Shown here: positions 22,357 through 35,552 of the stretch, one piece after another
Position numbering within the stretch: position 1 is the first letter of the stretch
Layout of the letters: every line of letters begins with the position of its first letter
NCBI RefSeq assembly: GCF_032062105.1
Contig: NW_026934771.1
Location: forward strand, 310,001-374,000
Length of the DNA stretch: 64,000 nucleotides
Origin: Saccostrea cucullata
Lineage: Eukaryota
Direction: 5' to 3'
Notes under the pieces: generated by a model
Told to the model about the DNA's origin: nothing
The model's input: the letters and a program-made list of their open reading frames with translations, nothing else
Databases searched by the model: none
Made by a program: the position numbers and the translations under genes

Positions 22357-22973
22357 TGTAACGAGTAATGAATAAGGCAGTCGGCCTATACCATTCAAAC
22401 GCTTGTGTGACGTGGAATAATGGAACAGTCCAGGAGCCTGTTCACCCCTGTTTGAATGGTATAGCCCTTTGCTATATAAACGACTGCAGAGGCAGTCTCG
22501 ACCTCTCTCTCTCTCGGAAACCCACAGAAGAAGCAAGAATCTGAATAGAAGATTAAGGGTAGTAATACAAATTAGAAGTATTTAAAGGGAAAAGGAAAGA
22601 TAAGGCTAGGGTACAGATCACCGGTCTGTATTTAGCCAAGGAATTGAATTGAAGCACAAGGTGTAGTAATCCTGAGTAAGGGTGAGGCACCGAGTGCTCA
22701 ATTCAATAGAAACTTGGTTACGGAACCAGGTGCAAGGAACCCAGTCACAGTACCCGGTTACAAAGAACTAACCTCAGCTTGTAGATCCCAGTGTTAAAAT
22801 AAAAAAATAATAAACAAGGACAAGTATCCCACGAAAATAATAAATAATCATACTTGTACATAATTTTAATTCCCAGTATTAATTATAGGCTCAGATAGAG
22901 CCAGAGGAAAAGTTTATATATATTGGACCCTGTATCTCCTGAAAACGGACCCTAAATTTGGTTACACGTTACA
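22357..22973 (+). repeat. Intact 3' LTR of element A with TATA box and (CT)n
   Basis: TGTAAC...GTTACA termini, gctatataaa at ~22471, and AATAAA motifs at ~22800-22845. Confidence 0.9.
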
Positions 22974-22977
22974 GTAA

Positions 22978-23430
22978 AGGTCAAGAAGTAATAAAAGAAC
23001 ACGGGGTCAAAACTCATTATAGGAAAGTCTTGTCACAAAATATACACGTGAAAGCCCTAAATCTTCTCATCAAAAAATTATAACCAAGGTTAAAGTTTTT
23101 GAAATGTAGGATGAGCTTTGAAGTCAAGGTCACAGGGTAAAAAATTATAGTGTATCTAGAAAGGTCTTGTCACAGGTAATAATTGTGTCTAGTATGAGAG
23201 CCCTTTCTCTTCTCATTCAAAAGATTTGGCCAATTTAAAGTAATATAAACATTTCTAAAAAAAAAAAAAACAAAAAAAGGTCTTTTTACAGAAAACACAT
23301 ATCTTTTATGAAAATCCTATCTCTTCTCATTCAAAAGATATGACCAATATTAAAGTTTTTGTGACAGACAGACTGACAGACAATAAAATGTTATGTCCCC
23401 TGGCTTTTGTGAAAGCAGGGGACAAAAATA
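22978..23430. repeat. Continuation of the ggtcaaggtca-family repeat interrupted by element A
   Basis: aagtaggtcaaac|gtaa|aggtcaag junction. It ends with a cagacagac microsatellite and a tcccctgg...cagggga hairpin. Confidence 0.65.
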
Positions 23431-23860
23431 ATTTTCCTAGGAAAAAAACATTATTTTAACTTAAGATAATTACACTATACTTGTATGTTTCACTTATCCA
23501 AGATTTTTTTAATTCAATTCTGACCCTTGGTGTTTTGGGATGAGGTCATCAAATACATAAATGTTCATGAATAAAATATTTAAAATTGCTATAGAAACAT
23601 GTTACTTAAGTGACTTTGCCAAGATGAGATGTAATTTAAAAACTTTTGTTCAACTTTATCAATAGGACACCCTAGAATGCCACAAAAAGAATACCATTGG
23701 TATCACATGAAGCAAAATTTATTTCACATTGGTAACAAGTTTATAATTAGGAATAATTTACTGGTATACAATAGGAATAATTGTATAATATATTTTATAG
23801 AACAAATAATTTAAGCAGTAAAAAAGTAAAAAAAAATATTGGAATTAGCAAAAGATTTTG

Positions 23861-26800
23861 TCATTGGTTTGCTTTTTCACAGAATGAAATAACGGACCAA
23901 TTTCCATCTACCATCCATTTCTTGTCCTGTTTTTCTACCGTTTCTTTCTGTCCTGGGCCCAATCCTGCAATCAGGTCAGCTTTACAGGCCCTGAGGGCAC
24001 ACAAAGGAGCTGGGTGAAAACCCCTCAGACTGACCTCAAATGGTGTGGTTGGATTCCAGTTCAAATCCCCAAGGAGTTTCCTGTAATTCAAGTCCCCTTT
24101 GAAAAATATTATTCTTGTGTCTTTAAAACTTTCATACAGACTAGATGCTTGAGTTTTCATTTCAGCGAAATTGTAAGGAGTTGTCCAGAAATCTTCACAA
24201 GTGAGCCTCCAAGAACCGTTTTCTAACCTCTGACACCACTGTCTACCAAAGTGAGCCATGGCTGGCCTTGGAGATATACAAAGAGAATCGAGCGTCCACT
24301 TAAAATCTCTTTCCGTGACATCAGAGACGAACCAAGGCATTGCTTTCCCATGCATTCGAATACAATCCGCCCATCCACATGCTAACAAAATCTCGGCTAA
24401 ACAGAGATCAGTAATGAGTTCAAATCCTGCATTGTCCAGAACTATGTCAATGTTTCTACTTCTAGAGCTGGATCTGAGACAGTGTAAGACTTGCTTCGTG
24501 TCATTAATTAGAATATTGGGCTCTAGATGGTGGAGTTGATCTAGAATGGATTCTGTCTGGGAATTTTCCTGGGTGGCTGATATAGAGAGATCACAACGAT
24601 TTCCCCATAATGCAATCTACAAAATACATGTAAATATTTTTATTATAATTATATTACTCACAAAAATAGTACCTGGACTGGTATAAAATGAAACATAGGT
24701 AATCAAAGATATCATGGAAGCTAATTGCCCTCGACGAATGTTATCTCTAGCATATATAAGTAATGCAAATCTCACATCATATTTTCTTAAATATTTAGTA
24801 TTTTACTCCCAATAACAATATTGGCAATACGCAAATTGTGTTTAACCCCTTACATGGCATATACACATTTCTATGCGTGTAGCGTGAAAAACATGTATAG
24901 TGTAAACAAATATTCATATACTGTTAATACTGCAGATATCAAGGACTTCAAGTTCTTTTGCATTCAAAAAAATTGTTCCAAAAACTTAAACCTGGTCTAT
25001 GACCTGCAAAAATATCTGTAACAGATCCAGCATCCGAAGCAAGTCTGATAGTGTCTTCCTTAGATGCATTATCCATGCAAATTTGGTTTCAGAACCAGTG
25101 AAGGGCTTACAGTTACTTGGGATTGAAAATGATAATTCATGTAACACTTTCCGAAGCTAAAAGTCTGGTAGTGTACATCCCTAGATACATCATCCATGCA
25201 AGTTTGGTTTAGCTAGGGCTTATAGTTACTTCAAAAAAAATGAAAATGTAGGTCAGCAAATTACTTTTCCAGCTTAATTCCGAAGCAAGTCTGATATGTC
25301 CATCCCTAGATTTTGCATCAACCATGCAAAAGTTTTCCAGGTTTATAGATAGTTCCTTGGGAATAGACCTGCTGCGATACATGTAAAACTTTAACCTGGT
25401 CACTCAACTGGAAAATGTACCCTCCCTCTCTGATCCAGCATCCGAAGCAAGATTTGTAGTGTCCTTTCCTAGATGCATCATCCAAGTTTGGTCCAGGTTG
25501 GGCTTATAGTTCCTTGGGAATAGACCTGCTCCAAAAACTTTAACCTGGTCACTCATCTGGAAAATGTTGCAAGAAAACACATCCGAAGCAAGTCTGGTAC
25601 TGTAAAACAGATGCATCATCCATGCAAGTTTGGTCCGGGGTACAATTTATAATTCCTTGGGAATGGACATTTCTGCTCCAAAAACATTTTTAACCTGCAA
25701 AACCTGAAAAACTTTTTTTGGTCACTCATCTAGAAAATGTAGGTCAGATCCAGCATCCGAAGCAAGTCTGGTAGTGTACATCCCTAAATGCATCATCCAT
25801 GCAAGTTTGGTCCCGGTAGGGCTTATAGTTCCTTGGGAATGGACCTGCTCCAAAAACTTTAACCTGCTCCAAAAACTTTAACCTCGTCACTCATCTAGAA
25901 AATGTAGGTCAGATCCAGCATCCGTAGCAGCACCTCCTGACTAGAGATCTGGTAGCTGTACATCCCTAGCATTGCATCATCCATGCAAATCATTAAAATA
26001 GGTAGGGTTTATAGTGCGACCGTTGGGGCGAAGCGGTTATTTACAATCAAAACCTTTACACCTGGGACGCCACTGCCTATCGCCAACACCGGGGGTATAG
26101 CATAAGCTCATTTCGACTTCGTCGAGGTGAGCTAAAAACAGAGAGATGAATGTTCCCTTACAGAAATTTTGAATTAGAATATATCATGGCAAGAGATAAT
26201 TGCCCATTCAATAATTTTTATCTCTATGGTGCATATATAAGTCATAGCATCAATTAACTACACGTTGTTTGCATTTTTTTCACTGTAAATAACTATTTCT
26301 ATGTATTTTACTGTTTGTGACCGCAAAGGATTATTGGCAATACATAAAATTTTTTTATTCCATTACTAATAATAACAGAGATTTTACCCAAATTTCCTTT
26401 ATTGCAATGAAAACTTTGCTCATGCAATAAAATCTGTATAATATACATGTATCCCATTAATAGAGATAAAAATTAAAATGCGTATCATAATAATTCTTAA
26501 GCATTCAAAAAAATTTAATAAAAAAGAAAAAAAGAAGTATTTGACCTGCAAAAATTCTGTAACATATTCATCTTTATCCTCCTCTGTCGCTGTTACTATT
26601 TTCTCTGTAATGCCCTGTAGGTAATGTAACAAAACCTCAATGGCTTCTTCAGAACCGGTGAAGGCCTTCATTTTCTGCTCCTCAAAAGGATCCAATTCAT
26701 GTAACACTTTACTGATGACATAAAAATAAAACAATTTTCAGATAATTATTCTCTTGAAAACATTAGATTACTAATATTGCGGAGGACAACATTATTGCAG

Positions 26801-28876
26801 CTAATTAAATAGATACATACAATTAATTTCATTAAAAAAAAATATTAAAAGGTAGGTCTGACATCCTGGTGCAAATTACTTTTCAACTTAATTCTGAAGA
26901 ATGAAAAAATGATATTTCTAAATCAATAGATTTTAAAACTAACAATGCAAAACATATTTCCATGTTTATAGAGAGCCTTACCACTGGAGGATTGCCTCCA
27001 TGATCCTGCGATACATGTAACACTCCACGTACAGCCAGGGGGACACGAACCACTTTGGAGGTTCACCCTCCCTCTCTGTTTCAGCAGCTATGGAAGCATT
27101 CCAGATCTCAGTGTCTGGGGCATTATCCTGTAATGGTATAACAGCTTTGTTGGTCTGGAGTTCATTTCGTAGTTTGGAGATGCACCCAGCAATGAACTTC
27201 AACTCATCAAAAGTAGCATCCTAATAATGCAAGAAAACACAGTGGAATATCTTAAACTTAAAACAAATGCAGCTAGAATGACGTTTAAAAAATTATCCAG
27301 TACTTTTACAATTTTTTATGCCATATGAATGACCATTTCTGTTTCATAAGATAACCTACATTTATTAAAAATCAAAACCTGAAGATGACAATTTTTTTTT
27401 TGTCATTGAACCTAAGGAAAAAAATAATTTTAATTTACCTTAATTATTTAAAATTATTTTCTTCAATTTTGAAGAATCTTCATTCCTGCATCAAAGTTAA
27501 TAAACGGAAATGACAAAACAGATTTACCTCCCCATGGCTGTCCTTTATGGCTAGTTTCTTTCTGTAAACTGTGTCAGCCACCCTCGACAAAATAACAGGA
27601 AGTCTGTCTCTGATCGTCAGGTAAGCAAATGAGCTGAGGAGAAAAAATAAAATAAAGTTCATTCATACTCCCACAAGAAAGATAACTCTTAAAGATATTG
27701 TAATGAATTGGACCATAGATATGGGCCCTGATAGCTCTGTAGAGCACCTGACTAGAGATGCTGGGGTTACGGCTTTGATTCCCGCTCCAGCTATATATTT
27801 CCTCTTTTCCTGTTACAAATCATTAAAATAATATGTTCTACAGTGCGACCGTTGGGGCACAGTTATTTACAATCAAAACCTTTACACAGCTTTTACTTGC
27901 ACTGCCTATCCGCAATTCATTATAAAAAAAAAAGAAAAAAAAAGGAAACACTTCTTTAGTTGCCATATCGAGTTTTATATAATCCATATAATTTCATGTC
28001 TAAGTTTCCGACAAAATGAGTGAAATATGATTTTTATGTGATTTTGGCATGATATGACGTCAAATAAAACGTCCTGTTGACTTAGAACGAAAACGATAGG
28101 TTTGTGGCATGGAGATTGCATAAAATCGTTGTTTGTAATTTTTTCAAGTAAGTTATTGCTATGTTTTAGCCACCATGTTGCTATGCACCGCAAAGGATTA
28201 TTGGGAGTTTGTAATTTTTTCACGTGGTACGATAAAAATTTCTTGGAACAATGTGCAGATTTTAACCCAAATTTCCTCTGTTTGTACACGTTAGTCTATT
28301 GAGCTCACTACGCGAGCGAAGCGCCGCCTCGCTGCGCTCGCTATAATTGTCTGTCATTGTCTATTAATATTCCTTTATAAATTAGTCAAAAACTGAAATG
28401 TATTTTTGTCGTGATCATCAGATATTCAAATGAGCTGAAAGAAGGAAACTTAAATGCTGCAACTTGGTTGAATGGAAAGTATACATGTATTTCAATCTGT
28501 AGCAAATTCAAAGACGGCCAGACAGACAGATAAATGAAATCGACAAAACTTTCAGATTAAGTACTGTCAACAGTTGGGGTTTAACAGTTTAAGTAAAATG
28601 AGCCTATGGCTTATACAGCTAGCAAAAGTTGCCTACAAGCACTTTTCACTTATTAGCATAGTTTTTAGTGAGACTTCAGAGACTGACAGCTGACTGAGTG
28701 AAATTGTTTGTTAATGTCAGTGTCTGTCTCTTTCGTATCTGACATCAAACATGTGATATCACTTTAAAAGCAAGCTATTCTAGTTGCGTTTCCCTTAAAA
28801 ACAAATTCAAATAGAACTGTTCACAGTTAGTAAACCTTTTATCTCGTGCAGACAGCGGTTCTGGTAGTTTCTCCAT
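23861..28876 (-). CDS. ARMT1: Damage-control phosphatase ARMT1 (DUF89), 5 exons
   Basis: Exons ~28836-28876, 27528-27633, 26982-27220, 26546-26710 and 23861-24616. Motifs [40 protein letters not shown] and [10 protein letters not shown]. Confidence 0.93.
24690..26140. repeat. HINE-like tandem-repeat insertion in ARMT1 intron 4 (consensus appears contaminated)
   Basis: Repeated units ...gatccagcatccgaagcaagtctggtagtgtacatcccta... and a terminal agctca...cgacttcgtcgaggtgagctaaaaa hairpin. Confidence 0.65.
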
Positions 28877-29054
28877 GTTGCATCGATTTCATCGATGTTG
28901 TTTGAGGACGTAAAATTTACTGCGAAAACACGCTTAAAAAAGCATAAAGCACTCTTAGAATAAGAGTCAGCAATTCAAATCTTGATTGTATAAACGCTTC
29001 AAACAGAGCGTTTTTAGTATTGAATTAAAATGTTCGAATAATTGACATTGAGAA
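28877..29054. promoter_or_regulatory. Probable bidirectional promoter ARMT1/NAA80
   Basis: Only 178 bp separate the two divergent start codons. Confidence 0.7.
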
Positions 29055-31885
29055 ATGGAAAAGTTGCTCGTTTTGCATGAAAATAAAGAGTACTTTAACG
29101 AATGTGCTGATATTCTAAATGAAGAATGGAAAAGAAGTACAAACGCAAGGTAAATTAATGCAGTGCCAGTAAAATAATAAAACCTGAAAAGTAGATTATT
29201 CTAGAAATTGAGAAAAGTGACAAAATAATCACATCGTTCTACTGTTGTTCAATAATGTTTCAGGAACTGAGAAAGTTCTTATTTGTAACTAGCCTAACCT
29301 TCAGATCACCTGAGCCAAATTCTTAAGTGAATTAATCTGAAAAAAAAATTGTATGTTGTCATTGTAAAGTTCACCTTCTCCAGAACCACCGGAATATTTT
29401 CAATCAAACTTGGCACAAGGGATAGACATTAACTTTATATTCTCTTGTCCTTCGGGCAAGTGAACATTTTGACTTGTCCGAATGTAAAAATTGGTTGCCC
29501 CAAATTTTTAAAGAATAAAATACCAGTTACTGCATTTTAATTTGTTGTCGAAAATATTAAAGAGTGACAAATATATTTCTATTTTGAAGTTAACTTCCAC
29601 AAAAAATGTTGATATGATGGTGATGCTACATTTGTAAATATATGTAAACCACTTTCCTGTCATTTACCATCCTGAAAACACACAGAGTACTTACCCCTGC
29701 AGGAATATTATTTTCTTACGACTTTTTTTCCCCAAAATTAATATTTTTCCCTTAAAAATTGAGGTTACGCTAAAGGGAAAACAGTTGCCATGTTTTGAAT
29801 CAAGATACACCGTGCACCGAGAATAACTGTTGTTCTTTATTTTCCGTAAGTAAGTAAATATATTTAAACTATTCTGTAATATCTATTTCATAATAATTCA
29901 TTAGACTGTAACGTAAGTTGGCAGATGGAGAGTGTATTTTTGTAAACATTGCATTTTTTAATAACAAACCCGATTTCTGAATAAAGGTATGGTCCAGAAA
30001 TGCTAAAAAGGGATTCCGAATGCAAAAATGTGTTCAATTTATTGTGTTGTTTATAAACTTATGTAAGATTAAAAAAGTGTTTCTATCAGAAATATCTACC
30101 TGCCGAATCAGACAACGTCATCGACAGTTTCACTTGCCCGAAGTGAGAATTTGCTTGTCCCTGGCAATCGAACAACTGCTAGTGTCGATCCCTAGGCACT
30201 GGGCATCATTGATTTGTACGTCTCACCGGTGAAAGAAGTTCGCACAAATAAACCAGAGAGCTACAGATCCAATTATTGTTAAAAAAAAAAACCTTCATGC
30301 CAAGTTATATCGAAATCAGACCAAAACTGTAAGAGGAGTAGTATTTTGATGAAAAAAATTGTTTACAGACAGATGGACAGACAGAAACTAGACAGAGGGA
30401 CGACCATGGACACATTACCAGGGTACCATCACATAAGCTCTTCTGTTCTGTGACCAGTAGAGCTAAAAATATGCTGTTCACAGTCAGGAAGTAAAAATGT
30501 TTTAATTTTTTTGTTCTTTTTTAACAGGTTACATTCCCTACAGAAATCATGCGATAGTTTCCCCACCTGTTTAATTATTGTAAGGGACATTGGTGGAGTG
30601 AAAACTGTTGTAGCTCACAGCAGATTATCAAAAGTTCAGGGGAAAGCCAACTCATGTTTAGTGGAATCAGGTATAACTTCTTGGAATTTTTCTTCTATAA
30701 AAGAGGCATTTTTCACAAATAGAAGAGAACTCTTTCTTACAGTATGCATCATTTAATGACATGTACTTTTAAATGGAAGTATATTAACATGTTTAATGTA
30801 GCCATTCAGTGACTAAAAGTTGGAGCTATTCATTAAGTGCCATATTTTCAGAATAGCTCTTTACATCAAGTTTTGTAAAGTAAGTTTACACAAATATTTA
30901 TTTGCAGTTGTTGTAAAGAAAAGTCTACGGGGCAAAGGATATGGAAGGAAAATTATGCTTGAAACGGAACAATTTGCAAAGAGGTAAGGAAAGGACATGA
31001 ATGTTATTCTGCGGAGCATGAAATATTATAAATAAGGGTGTGATTTAGTCTGTCATGTTTCACCGATTTTTATTGCAGCAAAGGAATCAAAACAATATAT
31101 CTGAGTACCCATGACAAGCAGAACTTCTACAAACATTTAGGATACGCCTTCTGTGACCCTATAGTCAGCTTTGGTGTAAATACAGATATTTTACCAGAGG
31201 GTTTTGTAAGTGTTAAGCTAATTTTTTTTCTTTTATAGTTTCACCTAAATGTTATGACATTATGTTATACTTTGGATTCATTAGGTGTTGATGTACATCA
31301 TAAGAAATTAATTGTATACTACATATTAAATATGCTGTAATAATGTATAAGTCAAACTTTATCATTGTCAGTGTATAAAGCTATGTACCTTTATTGATAA
31401 TTAAATTTTTAATACGGTACAAGCTTTGTTTTTCTACTTAATGAAGTTAACGTGTACATCATCACTAAACATTTATATATGTTCATGCACTCAATTAAAA
31501 AATCCAGTAGCAAATTTGAATTATTTTAACCTATTTTTATTGTTCTAAACATATTTTTTTAAAAATGTATAAAATTTTGTTAACTTCATTGCAGATTTTT
31601 CAGAACAGAAAAAATTGCTTAAAATGATTGTTTATGATTAAAATTCTGTGTCTTTAATTTTAGTTGCAAAAGTTTCTACCAGACAACTCATCAGCTGAGA
31701 GAGAAAGTGGCAAAAGTTCTGAGAATACCTCCATTCCTACTTCAGGGTCACCTGTAGTGCCCCCCTCTGCAGCCCCACCCCCACCACCCCCTCCTCCCCC
31801 ACCCACAGGGGTCACCCAGAAAGAAAGACCAGATATAGTTAGATGGGATCCTAGTGCAATATCGTGGATGAAAAAAGATATTTAA
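29055..31885 (+). CDS. NAA80: N-alpha-acetyltransferase 80 (actin N-terminal acetyltransferase, NAT6), 5 exons
   Basis: Exons 29055-29149, 30528-30670, 30908-30983, 31079-31205 and 31664-31885. Motifs CADILNEEWKRS..RLHSL, RGKGYG, LSTHDKQNFY, a polyproline tract and C-terminal WMKKDI. Confidence 0.92.
29417..30194. mobile_element. Non-autonomous TIR element in NAA80 intron 1
   Basis: Ends aagggatagacatt / agtgtcgatcccta, subterminal cttcgggcaagtgaa / ttcacttgcccgaag, and ggcac duplicated on both sides. Confidence 0.65.
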
Positions 31886-32314
31886 TGTGAGAGATGCATG
31901 TAATTTTTTGTATTTTATGAATTTATAGAATTTTTTACCCCCTGCTTTATTATATATGTTTTAATCCCTGTGCATTTCCGTCCTTAAACTATAGTAAATT
32001 ATATTTTGTATTTGTAAATTTCTTACCCCTTAATTGTGCAATATACAGTAACAGGTAATATGTTTCAAACAAGTGAAGGCACTTATTTTTTTTTTAGTAA
32101 TCATGTAATAGTTTTTTTACAAAACTTTTCAAATAGGATGCTCTGTGTCATCTGATTAAAGAAAAATAGAATAAATGATATTTCAAAATCAATATTTTTA
32201 AAAATTCTTTATACATGTAATCATAACATGTGTTTCACCTTAACATCATACAATGAGATCTATTCAAAACAAATGTGAGATTTCATCCTCTGAAACACAC
32301 AAGAGCTTATATCA

Positions 32315-35250
32315 TCAAATCAAAAAATCTTCACAAAGTTTTAAAACTTCGGCTTCCAATTCAAATAGATGAGGGTCTTGAACGTGGGGAGAAATTTTGC
32401 GAACAGCCTCGGCAAGATTCAAGAGGTACTCTGTATTCTTGCCACTGGGTCCCACAGAATTCACGATTTGATTGGCTATGTCTTTGACAGGTGCTGGGCC
32501 AAGGTAATTAGTATTGGTCTCGGTGGCCATGTATATTGTCACTTGGAATGGCTCCACTGTATCTTCATCAGGGTGAAATAACTCTGTCACACAGGAATAG
32601 CCTCCCTTTTCCCTGTGGTCTAGATGAGCTCTCACAGACTCGGCATTCTCTGGTGCAATTTGATATGCCACTCCCCATACTTGTTCCTGGCAGAAGTTAA
32701 CAAAAATACGTATAAGTAGTTGTACCCAGTTAACCTGTTTTTTCTTTTTTGTCTGTTTTAATAGCATCTATACATTTGAATTCTGTTAAAAGCAGAATGT
32801 GATGTTAGTATAATGATATTGAGATTAAAAAAGTTTTGAACATCTTTAACTTGGGTCCAGGGGCCTGTAATGTTGTGACATGTACCGTAATTAGAATTAA
32901 TAACTTACCTCTGGATCTGTCGATTTAACTAAGGTTACTACACGACCTGGCTGTAATGTTCAAAAAGAAACAAAAATTATTGTTAGGGAACAAATATCTT
33001 AATGACATTTAAAAATTACTATCCTACAGCAGGTATAATGAGAAAAGATAGAACTGAATGCAATTAATGTAATAAAGTAATGGAAATAGTCCACATTATT
33101 AAAAAAAATATTTTGTTGGCTTAACACTCATATATGCTATGTAACTAATACTTAATTACCTGTAAATATTAAATTATTTTCAACCTTCAAATGCTCTCAG
33201 ACAAATTTGATGTACCAGTATTGTCATAGTATGGGGAACATAATAAACATAGTGAACATGTATATGTATATAAATAATACAGATAAAATAAAAGATTTCA
33301 TTTACAAGACATTGCCCCATTTGCCATGCACTAGTGCCCGAACGTTGGTTGATCGGTGTCTTCCCACTTAGCCAAAATTCTGAAATTGATACAGGTGACT
33401 AGTTTTGGCTAAGTGGGAATGGTGTACAGGTAAGGGCAGGGAGAGGACAAAAGAAATTAATTACAGGTGTCCTATAGTCTGTTTTAGAATGACCAGTGCT
33501 ATGAATTGTTTTAAATTCTTCATTTATCATTTGTTTCTAGGTAATATTTTAAAGTGATGTAAAATATTAAATTGTCTTTTCTATTATTTAATTATATGTT
33601 TTTTTTTTCATTTTTTTTTTAAATTCTAATTTGAAATTACAAGGTTTTTTTGTGTGTTTTTTAAAATTTTTTTTTTTGAAAAGTTCATTGATTTTTTATT
33701 GATTCAGCTAAATTAATACATAAAGAAGCATGTTTTATTTTTTTAATGAACAATAATTGCTTTAATCCTAGGATTTCAAACGGGATTAATAACAATTATG
33801 TCCTTTCTGGATTCATTAATTACATCAATTATCAAATAGAATTTTTTTAATAGATACCAACATAGGAAAAGCATCACAGGGCACTCTTGTTTATTTTATA
33901 GGCTGTATTTCATTTCCAGAATTTTCGGTAATTATCAACTTTTCATTTTCGACATTTTTTAGCTTTCATTTCCGACATTTTTTTGTTTTCATTTCCGATA
34001 TTTTTTAAAAATATATGTAGTACCTATATTAATAGATTTGATAACTTTACTTGTGAAAAATTTAAAGGATTAAATAATAGATAAATCATTAAAATCCAAT
34101 TTTGTATATATGTCAGTAAATATGTCAGTGACTTGGACATAAGTGTGGTGCTGTCACTGACAATTAATTTAGTGCACATTAAATGTGATGAAAAAGTTTC
34201 ATGCTCATTGAACACTTTCACCTAGACTTAGTGCTACATGTATGCATATATGTATAGATGTTTTTTATTAATATTTTGGTATAAATACTTTTAAAATTCC
34301 TTTTCTTAGAAAACATTGAATTGCCGCACAGGTAAATTCCGGAAATGATAAGAAAATTATGTCGGAAATGAAAACAAAAAATGTCGGAAATGAAAAGAAA
34401 AAATGTCGGAAATGCTATGCATATTTCCGGAAATGAAATGCAATATATTTGCATTTTGTTTATTTATCTCTGGTTTGATAATTATCAGAAATTTATTTTT
34501 TCTGTAAAAACTTTTTCACTTTTTTTTATTTGACATTTATTATTTTTTTTTTTACTGTTTTATTTATTTTAATTATTTATTTATTTTATTTATTTATTTT
34601 ATTTATGTATATAAATAAATAATTATATAATTTATTTAATATATGTATAATTTATTTAATATTTACTTATTTATTTTATTTCATTATTTTTTTGTTAATA
34701 CCTATATATAATATAAGTATATAGGTAAATATATACATCTCAGGTGAAAATTACAGGTAAATTACAGGTAATCAATCTAAAACAGACTATACACAGGTGA
34801 CCACTCAGGTATGAAAATAACAATTTTGGCTATGTGGGAATAAGAATTTCAGAATTTTGCCTAAGTGGGAATAAACCGGTTGATCTCATACACATGGACA
34901 AAGGGAAATAACTCTTGTAAATGTAAAACAGCTGACTATTCATTCAATAACGCAATGAGGAAGTTTGTAGAATTTTTTGTCAGTATTTTATCGCATTGTT
35001 TTATTTTCGGCAAGGTTGCTTTTAAAGACTGTTTTATATACTTAATGACATTTAAAGGCTTGAAAAAATAATTTAAAAAATACAAGGCATGTTTCCGTTA
35101 TAAAACAATAGAGACCTTCCCTGGCACTCCTCTATGATCCGTGCTCCCTTGCCAGAATTTACGATGGTAGCCTTTTATATACCCCACAACTTGTCTGTGA
35201 ATTGGAAAATCAACTTTCCAAATAAGAGATCCATATCCGAATACCCACAT
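32315..35250 (-). CDS. CHAC2: Glutathione-specific gamma-glutamylcyclotransferase (ChaC family), 3 exons
   Basis: Exons 35116-35250, 32909-32950 and 32315-32686. Motifs [40 protein letters not shown] and GPSGKNTEY. The CHAC2 versus CHAC1 call rests on the lack of an N-terminal extension. Confidence 0.88.
33355..34877. mobile_element. Non-autonomous TIR element with 8-bp TSD (GG termini, Merlin-like) in CHAC2 intron 1
   Basis: ggttgatc at 33347-33354 and 34878-34885. TIR ggt.t.ttcccacttag.caaaattctgaaatt. Inner inverted tttcatttccgacattttt arrays at ~33900-34445. Confidence 0.8.
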
Positions 35251-35464
35251 CTCTCTCTTTCAAGTCATTTATGAGACAAATCTGTGTTCATTGAATAATT
35301 AAATGAATGCATTGTTTACTATCATCAGCTGTAGTCTAGGTCACGTAAGTTCTTTAAGCACTGGGAGATAACAAACATGTCGTTGACCTTGACTACCATC
35401 AGCTGCTCTTTCAAAATGTACCCACAATATTGTCCTGTCTTTTAACACTTTTTAAGTATCATAG

Positions 35465-35552
35465 TAGTCTCGTTCAACCAGACCCTCGGCTGTCTACGTA
35501 AATCTCCGACCACCCACCCAGAGACAGCCGAGCGTCTGGTTGAACGAGACTA
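35465..35552. mobile_element. 88-bp hairpin MITE, TAG...CTA termini, 9-bp TSD (Academ-like)
   Basis: TIR tagtctcgttcaaccagac, with gtatcatag duplicated at 35456-35464 and 35553-35561. Confidence 0.85.

Larger units (their letters stand above)
4281..22973 (+). mobile_element. Outer non-autonomous LTR retroelement A (TRIM-like, ~617-bp LTRs, ~940-bp interior) hosting nested insertions
   Basis: GTAA TSD at 4277-4280 and 22974-22977. Intact 3' LTR 22357-22973 (TGTAAC...GTTACA). The 5' LTR reassembles from 4281-4298 + 7693-7886 + 21004-21417. PBS at 21421 and a purine-rich tract before 22357. Confidence 0.93.
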
